Positions 18,454 through 28,200 of a stretch of 64,000 nt of DNA are shown here, one piece after another. Numbering within the stretch: the stretch's first letter is position 1; every line of letters starts with the position of its first letter. Position numbers and translations under genes: made by a program. The notes below the pieces were generated by a model. That model was not told the DNA's origin, ran no database searches, and saw only the letters and a program-made list of their open reading frames with translations. The stretch lies in sequence record MW384823.1; one strand, 5' to 3'.

Positions 18454-18843
18454 CTACTGTGGACCAGAGCACGCAGAACAACCGGTGCAGCTAGAAGAAC
18501 ATGACCCAGCGCAACCGCCGCCACACTTACCGCTGCACGATGACGCACAGGTACCTGAGCAACCCGAACAACCCGAACACCCACCACCGCAGTTAGAAGA
18601 ACAGCTACCCACGCACGTAGAAGTACAGGTTCCTGCGCAGCTGGTACAGCTTGCAGAACACCCGTTAGAACACGACCAGCTACAACTGCCGCCACAATCC
18701 AGACGGGAGGGAGACCACCCACTGAACGAGTCCGCAGCGTTGTAAGCTTTCGATGCTACCTGCCCATCTACACGAGGCCCGGTAGCATAGTTTGCTTCCA
18801 CATTGTTAACGCGGTCGCGTATGTTTTTCATTGAAATCGCCAT
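18454..18843 (-). CDS. putative RiPP precursor 1 (Cxxx/Cxx-repeat core, 21 Cys)
   Basis: 49-aa leader MAISMKNIRDRV..VE; 80-aa Cys-periodic core; AAGG SD. Confidence 0.85.
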   Translation of the reverse strand: MAISMKNIRDRVNNVEANYATGPRVDGQVASKAYNAADSFSGWSPSRLDCGGSCSWSCSNGCSASCTSCAGTCTSTCVGSCSSNCGGGCSGCSGCSGTCASSCSGKCGGGCAGSCSSSCTGCSACSGPQ

Positions 18844-18860
18844 ACGTTTCCTTTGTCAAT

Positions 18861-18898
18861 AAAAAAATGAGGACGCTGCCATAATGACAGCACCTCAT
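18861..18898 (-). terminator. imperfect intrinsic terminator upstream of the precursor genes
   Basis: ATGAGGtGCTGTC-attat-GGCAGCgtCCTCAT plus T run on the minus strand. Confidence 0.55.
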
Positions 18899-18908
18899 GT
18901 AATAAGTG

Positions 18909-20108
18909 TTATCGTGAACCCGCTTCGGCCTGTACGTCGTCGCGAGAAGTCAGGCTGCTATTGACGTGTACCGCCGCCTGAACCACACCACCGTACTGCT
19001 TGTGGAGATAGTTCGGGTGTGGGTTGTCCGCGTTAACGTGGTTCTGGAGATTCTGCGACAGGGTGTTGATGGAGTTCTGCAACCCAGCAACTTGCTGTTT
19101 CAGTGCATTAAGCTGACCAGAGAGATCCTGAATCTGCTGCTGCGTATCGGAACCGGCGGATTCCAAATCACTGATGCGCTGCTTGAGCCCATTGATGACT
19201 TGGTTCTGGTCATTGACCATCTTCTGGAGTTGCAACACCAGAGAGTTGAGGTCAGCCTGTTGTAAGGCCGCCTTCTGGTAGTTCAACGCCACCGAGTTCA
19301 GTTGGTCGTTCCACGAACCGAGCGCACTGACCACAGCATCGATGCGCGCGCCGAGTGCGGTGTCTGCGGCTTTCAGATTACCAATGTCGGCTAAGACCGC
19401 GTTAATCGCCGTTTGCACCGTTTGAATCAACGCACGGATTTCGGTTTCCGTCAGACCGTTTGCCTGATGGATGTCCAGCGCATGGACGTTACCTTTGGCA
19501 TCGATGTGCGATTGCAGAGCCGCCATCATCTGGGTTTGCATGTCAGACATGGCTGCCAGAATCTGTTGGAGCTGCACTTCGTTACCGGAGTTAATCGCGT
19601 CAGTCATCAGCGCCAGTTGCGTGATGATGTATTCGAAACCGAACAGGTCACCGAGGTCTTTAAATGCCGGAGCAGACGCAAAGGTATCCGGGACATTACG
19701 CAAATCCGCGAAGTCAACTTTACGGTCTTCAAGGTTGGCATCAGCCAACGCCTGTTTAATCGCAGAGATAACCGCCGATTGTGGGCCACCAACCGCCTGT
19801 GCAAGACAGACGATATCGGTTGGGATAGCCGGGTTAGTGACGACCACACCCATACAGATTTCGCGGTTCTTCGCAAGCTTCATGTACGCCGGATGGATGT
19901 AAATCAGCTCGTAGTCGGTACCGCGTTTATAAATGGTGTTGGGTTGATTGGCAGGCCGCATACGGAACGTGTCCGCAAAGAACGGCCCTGCTGGGAAAGC
20001 AAACGCACGGTTGACCTTCCCCCCACCTAACACAACCGGGACATTGACCGCGTTACTGGACGCAGCCCCTGTCAGGTCAAGTGGGTATTGAAATAGAATA
20101 TCTGGCAT
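18909..20108 (-). CDS. short tail-fibre-like virion protein with long coiled coil
   Basis: N-domain (GPFF...RGTDYE) shared with the three giant proteins; heptad-rich C-half; HVNADNPH motif. Confidence 0.6.
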   Translation of the reverse strand: MPDILFQYPLDLTGAASSNAVNVPVVLGGGKVNRAFAFPAGPFFADTFRMRPANQPNTIYKRGTDYELIYIHPAYMKLAKNREICMGVVVTNPAIPTDIVCLAQAVGGPQSAVISAIKQALADANLEDRKVDFADLRNVPDTFASAPAFKDLGDLFGFEYIITQLALMTDAINSGNEVQLQQILAAMSDMQTQMMAALQSHIDAKGNVHALDIHQANGLTETEIRALIQTVQTAINAVLADIGNLKAADTALGARIDAVVSALGSWNDQLNSVALNYQKAALQQADLNSLVLQLQKMVNDQNQVINGLKQRISDLESAGSDTQQQIQDLSGQLNALKQQVAGLQNSINTLSQNLQNHVNADNPHPNYLHKQYGGVVQAAVHVNSSLTSRDDVQAEAGSR

Positions 20109-20155
20109 GGCCAAACTCCCTTAGTGAGACGTCCTTGTCTCGACGTGTTAGATGG

Positions 20156-23100
20156 TTACGGCAACTTAGGCATAAGATTGACCGTCAGTTTCGATGGGGT
20201 GACCGTTCCACCGTAATAGTTGACCCCGTTGCCGATGTACAACGCGTTATCCGCAATCATCACCGGTATCGGTTGACGGAAGACGACATCCCCATGAACA
20301 ATCGGGAAGTAGTCATCGATTGAAACCCCCGCGGGCATCGCAACCTTATAGACGTCCAACACCCCACCGGTAATACGGGCAGTGGAACTGTCCACGTTTG
20401 TTGCTGCACGAATCGCCACAGTGGCAGCGTCGGAAGTGTAGAACACCGACGATGAGCCGTTGTCCACGTTTGCGATGCTGAACGCGGCGAAAGCCGAGGC
20501 TTGCCCGCCAGTAATGCCGCTAAACACAAACGTGTTCTTGACCCCCACATCTGCGGACAGGGTAATCTCGGACAATGCAGACGCGAAAGTACCAGAAACC
20601 GCAAGGTTGGCGTTAGTACACACGATGGTACCCGCGCCCAAGGTATAACCCGGTTTGAGTTTGATTTTCACCGTCGGGGTCGATGGGGTGACCTCAACAA
20701 TCATTCTCCACGCAATCGAGTTAATGGCTGACATCCCCGGAATACCCACAGAATACGCATTGTCCACATCCGAAGCCTGACTAACGTTGGCCCCTTTCAT
20801 CGTAAACTTTTTGTAGTCTTTAGGTAAGCTGGAGGTAAGCGCATCGCGTAGCAGCTCGATAGGCACCTTGTGGGTTCGTGCGGCAAAGATACCGCCGATT
20901 TGCGCGACATCCAAGTAGCCATCCCCGGTAGCCGCAGGTGCAGCAAGCGGCTGTTTGCGGAGCAGCCCCAGACGGGACAGGCGCGCTTCACTGTCCACGT
21001 TCACATCGTGACTGTAAACGATTTCAGCGTGCTCAGTCAGTTGTTTCAATTCACCCAGACGTTTCACTTTCGTGAACTCCGATGAAAGGATTCGCTGACT
21101 GTCGGTAACCACCGTCCCGATAAACAACCGACTATTGGTGTCTGGCATTTTCTGCGTCAACAGCTGGTATTCCGGTTTGCCGTTCACCACCGCCGCGTGC
21201 ATGTAGAACGTCCGGTTCTGATACGCACCGGGGAACAACGTCTTGAGGTTCTGGTTGTAGGCATCCAACGTGTAATAGTCGGAACCAAACCGTAAGCTCT
21301 CAGACTCGGTGATGTACAGCTCCCAGCCTTCTGCCGTTTTCACCCCAGCCACAATCTCATACGGCCGTGCAGTCGGTACCCAACCCGGCACGTTTGCGAT
21401 GTAGTCCTCAGGAGGCGCTGCCGGACCTGCAAGGTAGGCAGGCGAGACGTAGCTTTGGTTCGTGCGAGCAAGTTTATTACCGACAATTGCCAACTGGGTT
21501 GGGTTGTAGTAATACGCTGAACTCAGCATCGTTGCACCGTTGTTGACGAGCTTCGACCCGTTTAAGGTGAACTTCATCTCAAAGTGCTTTGACCCCGCAC
21601 CCCCAACCACGTTGTACTGATACACGTTCGGCAAGTGCAGGAAACCTGTGCCGTCCCCTTTCTCGTAAAAGATAGGTTGTGTGTAACGCTGGGTGTGGTA
21701 ATGGTAATACGTGATACTCATCGCCGTGATTGACGGTTCGGCAATGTTGACGCCGTACACCATGTCAACCGTGGTGATGGGGAACGTTACCGTTGAGCCT
21801 GTCACGGTAGGGTAAATCTGGAACAGGTAGTAGTCGACGAAACGGCTACTGTTGCGGTCACTCTTCACCGCCACTTGCACCAACCAAATCGGCTTGGCAT
21901 CTTTCGGACGAATCGCCCACACAGAGAACTGAGGGTCAGCTCCTGCATTGATATATTCGTTCGCGTAAGCGTTAGCCGAACCCGACGGTGCTTGTGACTT
22001 GATGGTGCTTAGGAGCGTGTTCCAGTCACTCTGGCTAATTGTCAGGACGTCAGCAGTTGGGCTGTCACCCACGGCTTGGTAGTTCTGACTGCCGGGTGCT
22101 GTCCAGTAGGCACCTTGCGGTTTCCCGTTTTGCAGACTACCGGATGCACACCACGTCATGTTCCCCAGCTTGTAATACTTCGCGAGGTCAAACGCACGCC
22201 GCACGTTGGACGGGCCTAAGCCGCCAAAGTCCGGTGAGTAACGGGTGTCCGGGTCAGTCTCAACATACACCGCACTGGCCTCAGTAATTGGTGCCAGCAG
22301 GTATGCGTTGTTGCCGAGGTATACCGCGCCACTGTAACCCACTTTCAGTACCGACCCCACCCCGCCATTGAACACCCACGCATCTACCTGATTCATGCCG
22401 TAGTTAGAATGGGCTTCCAGATGGTCAAACAACGAACGGCTATTATCCCCTAACACACAACGGCTAATCCCGGTCTGGTTCGCCGCGTCACCGGGGTCAA
22501 AGTACGTCCAGAAATACGGGCTATTGTCAATCGGATAAACGTGGGTACGGTTGTTGGCAAAACCATACGCCCATTTCGCTTGATAGCCTTTGGTGCGCAT
22601 TTCTTCGCCGGTAGCCAGATATACCCCGTCGACATCAATCTTCAGCGGGAAGATCTCAGGGTTCTCAAGCGTAACCGCGAACGCATCCATGTCCACCACG
22701 AACGATGTCGGCCACACGGTAAATGGATACGACCCATCAGCATTCGCCAGATAAATCGTACCGTTTACACCGACGCGCAACGTCGCGTTTTTCAGGGCAA
22801 CACCGGCATGGGTTTGTGGGCCATGCGCAATGTTACGCGTTTGCCACTTCGCCAAGCCCGCCGCCGTTACCGTTGACAGACCGTTCGGCACAACAGTTGT
22901 CGAGCCGGGGTCAATCGGTTGACGCAAGTTAACGAAGACGCCTTGGCGACTGGTACCGCCAGTCAGCGCCACAGACGCGAACACTATTCCCCCGTTGGCG
23001 TTTACCGTACCGACCAACATAAAGGTGCGGTAATAGTTGTTAGTGACTTCCATGCGTAGGATATACACGCGGTCTTTGTAGACCACAACATGATCCGTCA

Positions 23101-25177
23101 ACTGGTTCGGTGAATAGTTAAACGTAGAGCCAGAACCGGGTAAATCGGTTGGGAAGGTCGTCTGCCAAACACGCAGGTGTTTCTTCTGGTTAAGCGTCCC
23201 GTCAAACATGATGGTGTAGTATTTGTTGTCTGTCCCCAAACAGACCATCGCGTCTTCACCACACACGACGATTGCCACCAGTTTCACACCGGGGAACGCA
23301 CTCATGCCCGCCGGTTGATAAACGTAGGAGGTTTGCTGGCGTTTAACCATCAGTCCCGCCGTGTCAATCTGAGCATACGAGTAATAGATGTAGTCCGTAT
23401 TCGGTAAGCCGTCGTTGGCGTTCCGTAAGGCATACACCGTGTCCGCTTCCTGCTTAATCACCCCTAAAGACTGTGGTTGATTAAACCGTTTGGCAAAACC
23501 TGCGTAGTTACCCACAGCCGGGATGGGCAGATAGCCGGGGTTACCGTAAGCAGCACCACCGGTCGTCCACGACGGCATCAGGCCATCCAGCACCCCTTTG
23601 TACTCGTTCAGACGCTGCTGTACATTGTAGCCCTGCTTTGACGTCACCACCTTATTCGTGGTGTTATCAATTGCATCCCACAGCTGCAACAGACCCGCGT
23701 CTGTATCGGACGCCGTGGGCACGCCAGTCAGGTCAGCGAAAGTGTGCGTGTGGTTTGCCAGTGACTTGTTTGCCAGCACTGCACGGATCGCATTGGTCAG
23801 TGGTTTCTCAGCAGGGGCGGTGTTGTTGATGTTACCCACACCCAAATCGGTTGCCGTCAGGGTCAGTGACTGCTTTGTGCCGTCATCAATAAACTTCTTC
23901 CCGTTGATGGTGTACGTGTTGTCCACGTAATCATCCAGCGTCTTTTTCAGGACGTTAACAGCGTACTGGGAAATCGCAGTACCGGAAGAAATATTTGCAG
24001 ACAGGTTGGTAATGGCAAACAGACCCGGCACTTTGTCAGTGGCGGTCGGGAGTTGCGCATTCATGGTCAGGGGAGACGACTGCTTCGCCGTACCGAACAC
24101 CTTGATGGTGTCGGTGGGCGAAAAATACGCATTGCCCGGCAACAGTTTTACTTCGGACAGGTACAGCGATACCATATCCGGTGTGACCAAGTATGCCCCG
24201 TTAAAGATAGGTGCCACGGCACCGTTGAGTACATACGCGGTGTTCAGGCCGGAACCCAACTCCACACCCACGCCCCGTTCGTTGCTGTCTGCATCGGCAG
24301 TGATGTTAATAGCACGGGTAGTGGTAATAAGGAACTTGTCACCTTGCAGGGTGATGACGTGACTGGAGTCGGCGGTACGGAACGTCAGGGCACCGTTGTT
24401 CAGCACCTTGAGGCGACCACGCAGTTCGCCGAGTACCACCGGCATCAGGGTATCGATGTGGGTTTGCTGAATACCGTTCGCTTTCATGATAGCGACTAAC
24501 TCGTCCAGCGTCTTACCGAACGCCTTCGTTGAGTCAATTGCCTTGGTCAATACCTTTAATGCCCCAATCTCATCTGCCGTGTATTGGTGTGCGTTCTTGA
24601 TGCGGTGGTGGCTGTACAGGTTGTCATCAAAAATCTTTTTACCGTTGGCGAAAATCAAATCGGTGACTTCGGTGTACGCCGCATCCATTTCCCCTGCACG
24701 CTTAATCAGACCCTGGCGAATGTCATCCAGTGCTTTGACCACTTCGTCACGGAGCAGGGCTTCGTCCAGGTTAGCAGGTGGGTCAATTGCAGGAATCACC
24801 GGCGCATAACGCATCAGTTCAGACCAATCGGTGTTACGCGGGTCTTTGATGTCCTCTTTTACTAAGAACTTACCAATCTCGGTTTGTGGCACGCGATATT
24901 CACGGCCAACGGAATAGATTGTGTAGTCAACGGAGGTGTCCCCGTTAATCAACATAATCCCGCCGTAGATTTGGTCTTTCATTGCGACAGCGGCTTCTTT
25001 GTAATAGTAGCCGAGGTAGTAATCCAGACCCTCAATGAGCTTTACGCCTGCGCTGTTTTTCAGCTCAAGCCCGGTACGGAAGAACGGCCCCTCAGGAGGG
25101 ATGACCACATTGTATTTGTTCGGATACGTGGTCGTCAGTAGCGTACCGGTAAATTTGGCTACGTTCGTGCTCGCCAT
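20156..25177 (-). CDS. giant tail-fibre-like virion protein (1673 aa)
   Basis: Shared GPFF N-domain; G+.N+.NT...KP...HTH module; Gly/Thr/aromatic beta-rich body. Confidence 0.7.
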   Translation of the reverse strand: MASTNVAKFTGTLLTTTYPNKYNVVIPPEGPFFRTGLELKNSAGVKLIEGLDYYLGYYYKEAAVAMKDQIYGGIMLINGDTSVDYTIYSVGREYRVPQTEIGKFLVKEDIKDPRNTDWSELMRYAPVIPAIDPPANLDEALLRDEVVKALDDIRQGLIKRAGEMDAAYTEVTDLIFANGKKIFDDNLYSHHRIKNAHQYTADEIGALKVLTKAIDSTKAFGKTLDELVAIMKANGIQQTHIDTLMPVVLGELRGRLKVLNNGALTFRTADSSHVITLQGDKFLITTTRAINITADADSNERGVGVELGSGLNTAYVLNGAVAPIFNGAYLVTPDMVSLYLSEVKLLPGNAYFSPTDTIKVFGTAKQSSPLTMNAQLPTATDKVPGLFAITNLSANISSGTAISQYAVNVLKKTLDDYVDNTYTINGKKFIDDGTKQSLTLTATDLGVGNINNTAPAEKPLTNAIRAVLANKSLANHTHTFADLTGVPTASDTDAGLLQLWDAIDNTTNKVVTSKQGYNVQQRLNEYKGVLDGLMPSWTTGGAAYGNPGYLPIPAVGNYAGFAKRFNQPQSLGVIKQEADTVYALRNANDGLPNTDYIYYSYAQIDTAGLMVKRQQTSYVYQPAGMSAFPGVKLVAIVVCGEDAMVCLGTDNKYYTIMFDGTLNQKKHLRVWQTTFPTDLPGSGSTFNYSPNQLTDHVVVYKDRVYILRMEVTNNYYRTFMLVGTVNANGGIVFASVALTGGTSRQGVFVNLRQPIDPGSTTVVPNGLSTVTAAGLAKWQTRNIAHGPQTHAGVALKNATLRVGVNGTIYLANADGSYPFTVWPTSFVVDMDAFAVTLENPEIFPLKIDVDGVYLATGEEMRTKGYQAKWAYGFANNRTHVYPIDNSPYFWTYFDPGDAANQTGISRCVLGDNSRSLFDHLEAHSNYGMNQVDAWVFNGGVGSVLKVGYSGAVYLGNNAYLLAPITEASAVYVETDPDTRYSPDFGGLGPSNVRRAFDLAKYYKLGNMTWCASGSLQNGKPQGAYWTAPGSQNYQAVGDSPTADVLTISQSDWNTLLSTIKSQAPSGSANAYANEYINAGADPQFSVWAIRPKDAKPIWLVQVAVKSDRNSSRFVDYYLFQIYPTVTGSTVTFPITTVDMVYGVNIAEPSITAMSITYYHYHTQRYTQPIFYEKGDGTGFLHLPNVYQYNVVGGAGSKHFEMKFTLNGSKLVNNGATMLSSAYYYNPTQLAIVGNKLARTNQSYVSPAYLAGPAAPPEDYIANVPGWVPTARPYEIVAGVKTAEGWELYITESESLRFGSDYYTLDAYNQNLKTLFPGAYQNRTFYMHAAVVNGKPEYQLLTQKMPDTNSRLFIGTVVTDSQRILSSEFTKVKRLGELKQLTEHAEIVYSHDVNVDSEARLSRLGLLRKQPLAAPAATGDGYLDVAQIGGIFAARTHKVPIELLRDALTSSLPKDYKKFTMKGANVSQASDVDNAYSVGIPGMSAINSIAWRMIVEVTPSTPTVKIKLKPGYTLGAGTIVCTNANLAVSGTFASALSEITLSADVGVKNTFVFSGITGGQASAFAAFSIANVDNGSSSVFYTSDAATVAIRAATNVDSSTARITGGVLDVYKVAMPAGVSIDDYFPIVHGDVVFRQPIPVMIADNALYIGNGVNYYGGTVTPSKLTVNLMPKLP

Positions 25178-25201
25178 GAAAAAACACTCCTACGTATTGA
25201 T

Positions 25202-25230
25202 AAAAGGTTACCGCCCTTTCGGGCGGTAGC
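25202..25230 (-). terminator. intrinsic terminator
   Basis: TACCGCCC-gaaa-GGGCGGTA then ccTTTT on the minus strand. Confidence 0.6.
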
Positions 25231-25263
25231 TTGCGGGTAACACGCCCGCAAGCGTGTACCCCT

Positions 25264-28200
25264 TTATACCCACTGACCGAGGTCAGTTCCATCTGTGGTG
25301 CGTTCAGCGTCCATCTTAGCCTGCAACACATTCCACAACTTTGTGGTCATGTGCAACGGGTTTATCCTTTTCGCTGTGTAGCGGTCAGCCACGAACCACA
25401 TCGCGTCCGCCACGGTAGCTTCCGTTATCGTGGTGAGCAATGTGCCGCCCGCATCGTAAAGTTCGTACGTGAACTCCAGTGTCAGCGGATCGGGTGTGTA
25501 TCCCGGCAAATAGACCAGTTGGAGTTTTAACCCACCGCGACGGGCCGAAAACGGAACACCGATTTCACCCGCGACAGGTGAACCGGCCGCCACATTCACC
25601 ACCTGCCCACCAATGGCAATCTGACGTACCGCTTTGGCTGCTGTGCCTTTGACGATTTTCAGTTTTGCCACTTTGGAGGCTTGCGGGAGGTTGTAGTCAA
25701 CCACCATTCCTGCAACGAGGAAATTCGTGCCATCCGAACTGCCGTATTTCCCGAACCAGTTGCCGTTTGTCACAACCGAGTGAACCGACTGGAGGACTGC
25801 ATCTCGGTTGAACGCCAACGGCAGGTAACCTGCATGTGACGCATGGAAAGAACGACACCCCATCGGCACCAACTGGTATTCGGTATACCGCACATCTGGC
25901 GTGAACACCCCCGCTGGTACCACCACGGTCGCGTTGTTAACCGACGTATTTGGTAACACCCCGGAATCCGCGTACGACTCGAACAGTGAACGTAGGTATT
26001 GGTAGTTGTCTTCGACAAACCCAATCCCCTCCAGCGGTGCCACAGACCCCAAGAGACTACAGACACTTGCGCCCCCTCCTAACGGCGGCAGTTCAAGCCC
26101 AACATAGCCACCCATCAGCCCACGGACATCAACATCGAACTGAATCTCCAGCTCATTGATGAGTAAAGACCCGTCAGTGTCGTTTGGATTGCCCGCGAAG
26201 TACACACTGAACACCGACAGTTTCCTGAGCGTGACGTTGTACGAGTACCGCACCGCCAGTCTTGGGGAACCTGCTTTCAGCGTGGTCAAGTCCATTACCC
26301 CCAACACCGACGACGCTTCATTTTTCCGAAGCGATGTGGTTTTGGAATACAGGATATTGGATTCAAACGTCGGTAGGGTCGTCTCAACACCCGCATGGGA
26401 TGCGATGGCGTTAACGTAGCCGTAGTCAGGTTCGGTGGCACCATCAAGCGGAACACGCAGATACCGGTTTCGGTAATCTGCACTCACACTCCCAAGCGTT
26501 GGGCTGGCGAACAGCAGCGCAGGTAAAGGTTGTGCGAACAGACCGTTCGTTTGGTACTCCTCGTACACCAACCCACCTTGGAATGTCGCAGCCCCATTCG
26601 CTTTCGGATTTGACGGAGTGAACCACCACTGTGGCGATTGCTCCGTCGTCTCCAACAGCATGTACGCTTTCTTCGTGGCGCTGTTGCGCGACATTTGGGC
26701 TAACCCATAAACCGTCTCCGCACCCGCCGTGACTTCGCCATACAGCGCTGACGGTGAATTGAACCGCAGTTTACCAATCGGCAACATCAGCGCGTTATCT
26801 GCCAGCGACCAATCACGCGCGACCGCGAGGTGTTGTTGCAGACTGGCGATGTGGTCGGCGGCTTCGTTCGACACCCCGTAATCGTGCATCATCGGGAAAC
26901 TGATGGTCGATGTACTGATGCCGCCCGCAGGGACATCAACAACACCAATCAGTGCAGTCTCCGGTGCAACCTCGTTCGTCAGTTGCGGTTCCGCACGGCT
27001 GTACATGGACTGGGTCACCATGTTCAGATACAGGAAGTGGCGGTTGCCAAACGTTGGGGTCATGAACTCCCCAAGCTGTGTAATCGGTGTCCCGACATCA
27101 CTGCGGTAAATTGGCAGGGATTCGTCGTACACCTCAAACGCCATGGCTGCTGCTTTGGTTGGGTCGTTACAGTCTGCACGAATCCCCAGACAGGCAGATT
27201 GTTTTGCAGAGTTCACGTCGACTTCCAAGAAGAGCGGCGAGTTGCCTGTACCTACTTCTTGCCCGTCCAGATAAACCGTCACCTTGCCACCCGCCACGAT
27301 ATACAACCGCAGCGTGCCTGTGTACGATTTTAAGCGCAGTTTAGACAACAGAGAGATAACGGACAGGTTACCCATCCCAGTCGCACTCAAACCGATTGGG
27401 GTCGCTTTTAAGGCAAACTTCGGTTTAGAGGAGATGGTTGAGAAGTCAAAGTTCGCTGCTGTGTTCTTCACCGCAGGCGTCCAGTTACGTTCCATCGTGT
27501 TGTTCGGACTGAACCAATTGAACATCGGGGTGGTTTCGAGGTTAATCGACCCACTGACCTTGCCCTCAGCCCGGTCATTTCCGCGCAGGTAGAAATACTG
27601 GAGGTCTTTGACTTGCAGGATACGGCCGGATGCCACCGACCATGTTGACGCGTTAATGATGGAAAAGTCCGAAGACACGCCGGTTTTCACCGACTTCAAC
27701 GCATCACTAATCACATCCAAACGATCGCTCAACCGTTTCAGGACATTCGGGGTCACACCTTTGTTGGCCACCAGACCATCATCCAAATCGGTATAGCGTC
27801 CCAAGCCTTCACTGACGTTTGTCGCCAGCGGTAAGTTTAGGGAAGCAAACGTGTGTTTGTGTCCTTTATCGCTTAACCCGTCCATCGCAGTAGATTGGTC
27901 AGCGGATACCGGTTTGTCCACATCAGCGGTATTATCCGCTTGGCTCAAACCGATATCGGCCTTTGTCATCACCCGTGCACCGTCGTCCATCGGTTTGGAA
28001 TTGAGCATGGTGGTTTTTGCCACATAGCCCGACGCCTTACCTTCGTACGGCTGTAACGAATCCGGGGTCGATGCAACGCCAGTGGTTTCGTCACCGGTAC
28101 CCGATTTTAACACCGCGGTGCCTTTTACGGCACTGGTGGCTGTCGGGAGGGAAAGCGTGGCCTTGACTGGATCGGCTTTCGAACCTTTACCCGTTACCGA

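Noticed and set aside
18008-18745. Plus-strand PEQ/PEH-repeat ORFs (18008..18301, 18410..18745) and alternate minus-frame V/A-rich ORFs (18015..18374, 18402..18722)
   Set aside because: Shadows of the Cys/Ser/Gly repeat codons. Only the Cys-rich frames have SDs, shared leaders and operon spacing.
18052-18843. Short nucleotide repeats that might suggest a CRISPR array or VNTR
   Set aside because: Repeats are 9-12 nt, degenerate at third codon positions and without unique spacers; they are explained by the peptide repeat.
17821-18843. Possible selenocysteine read-through in the Cys-rich peptides
   Set aside because: The peptides end in TAA or TAG and have no in-frame TGA.
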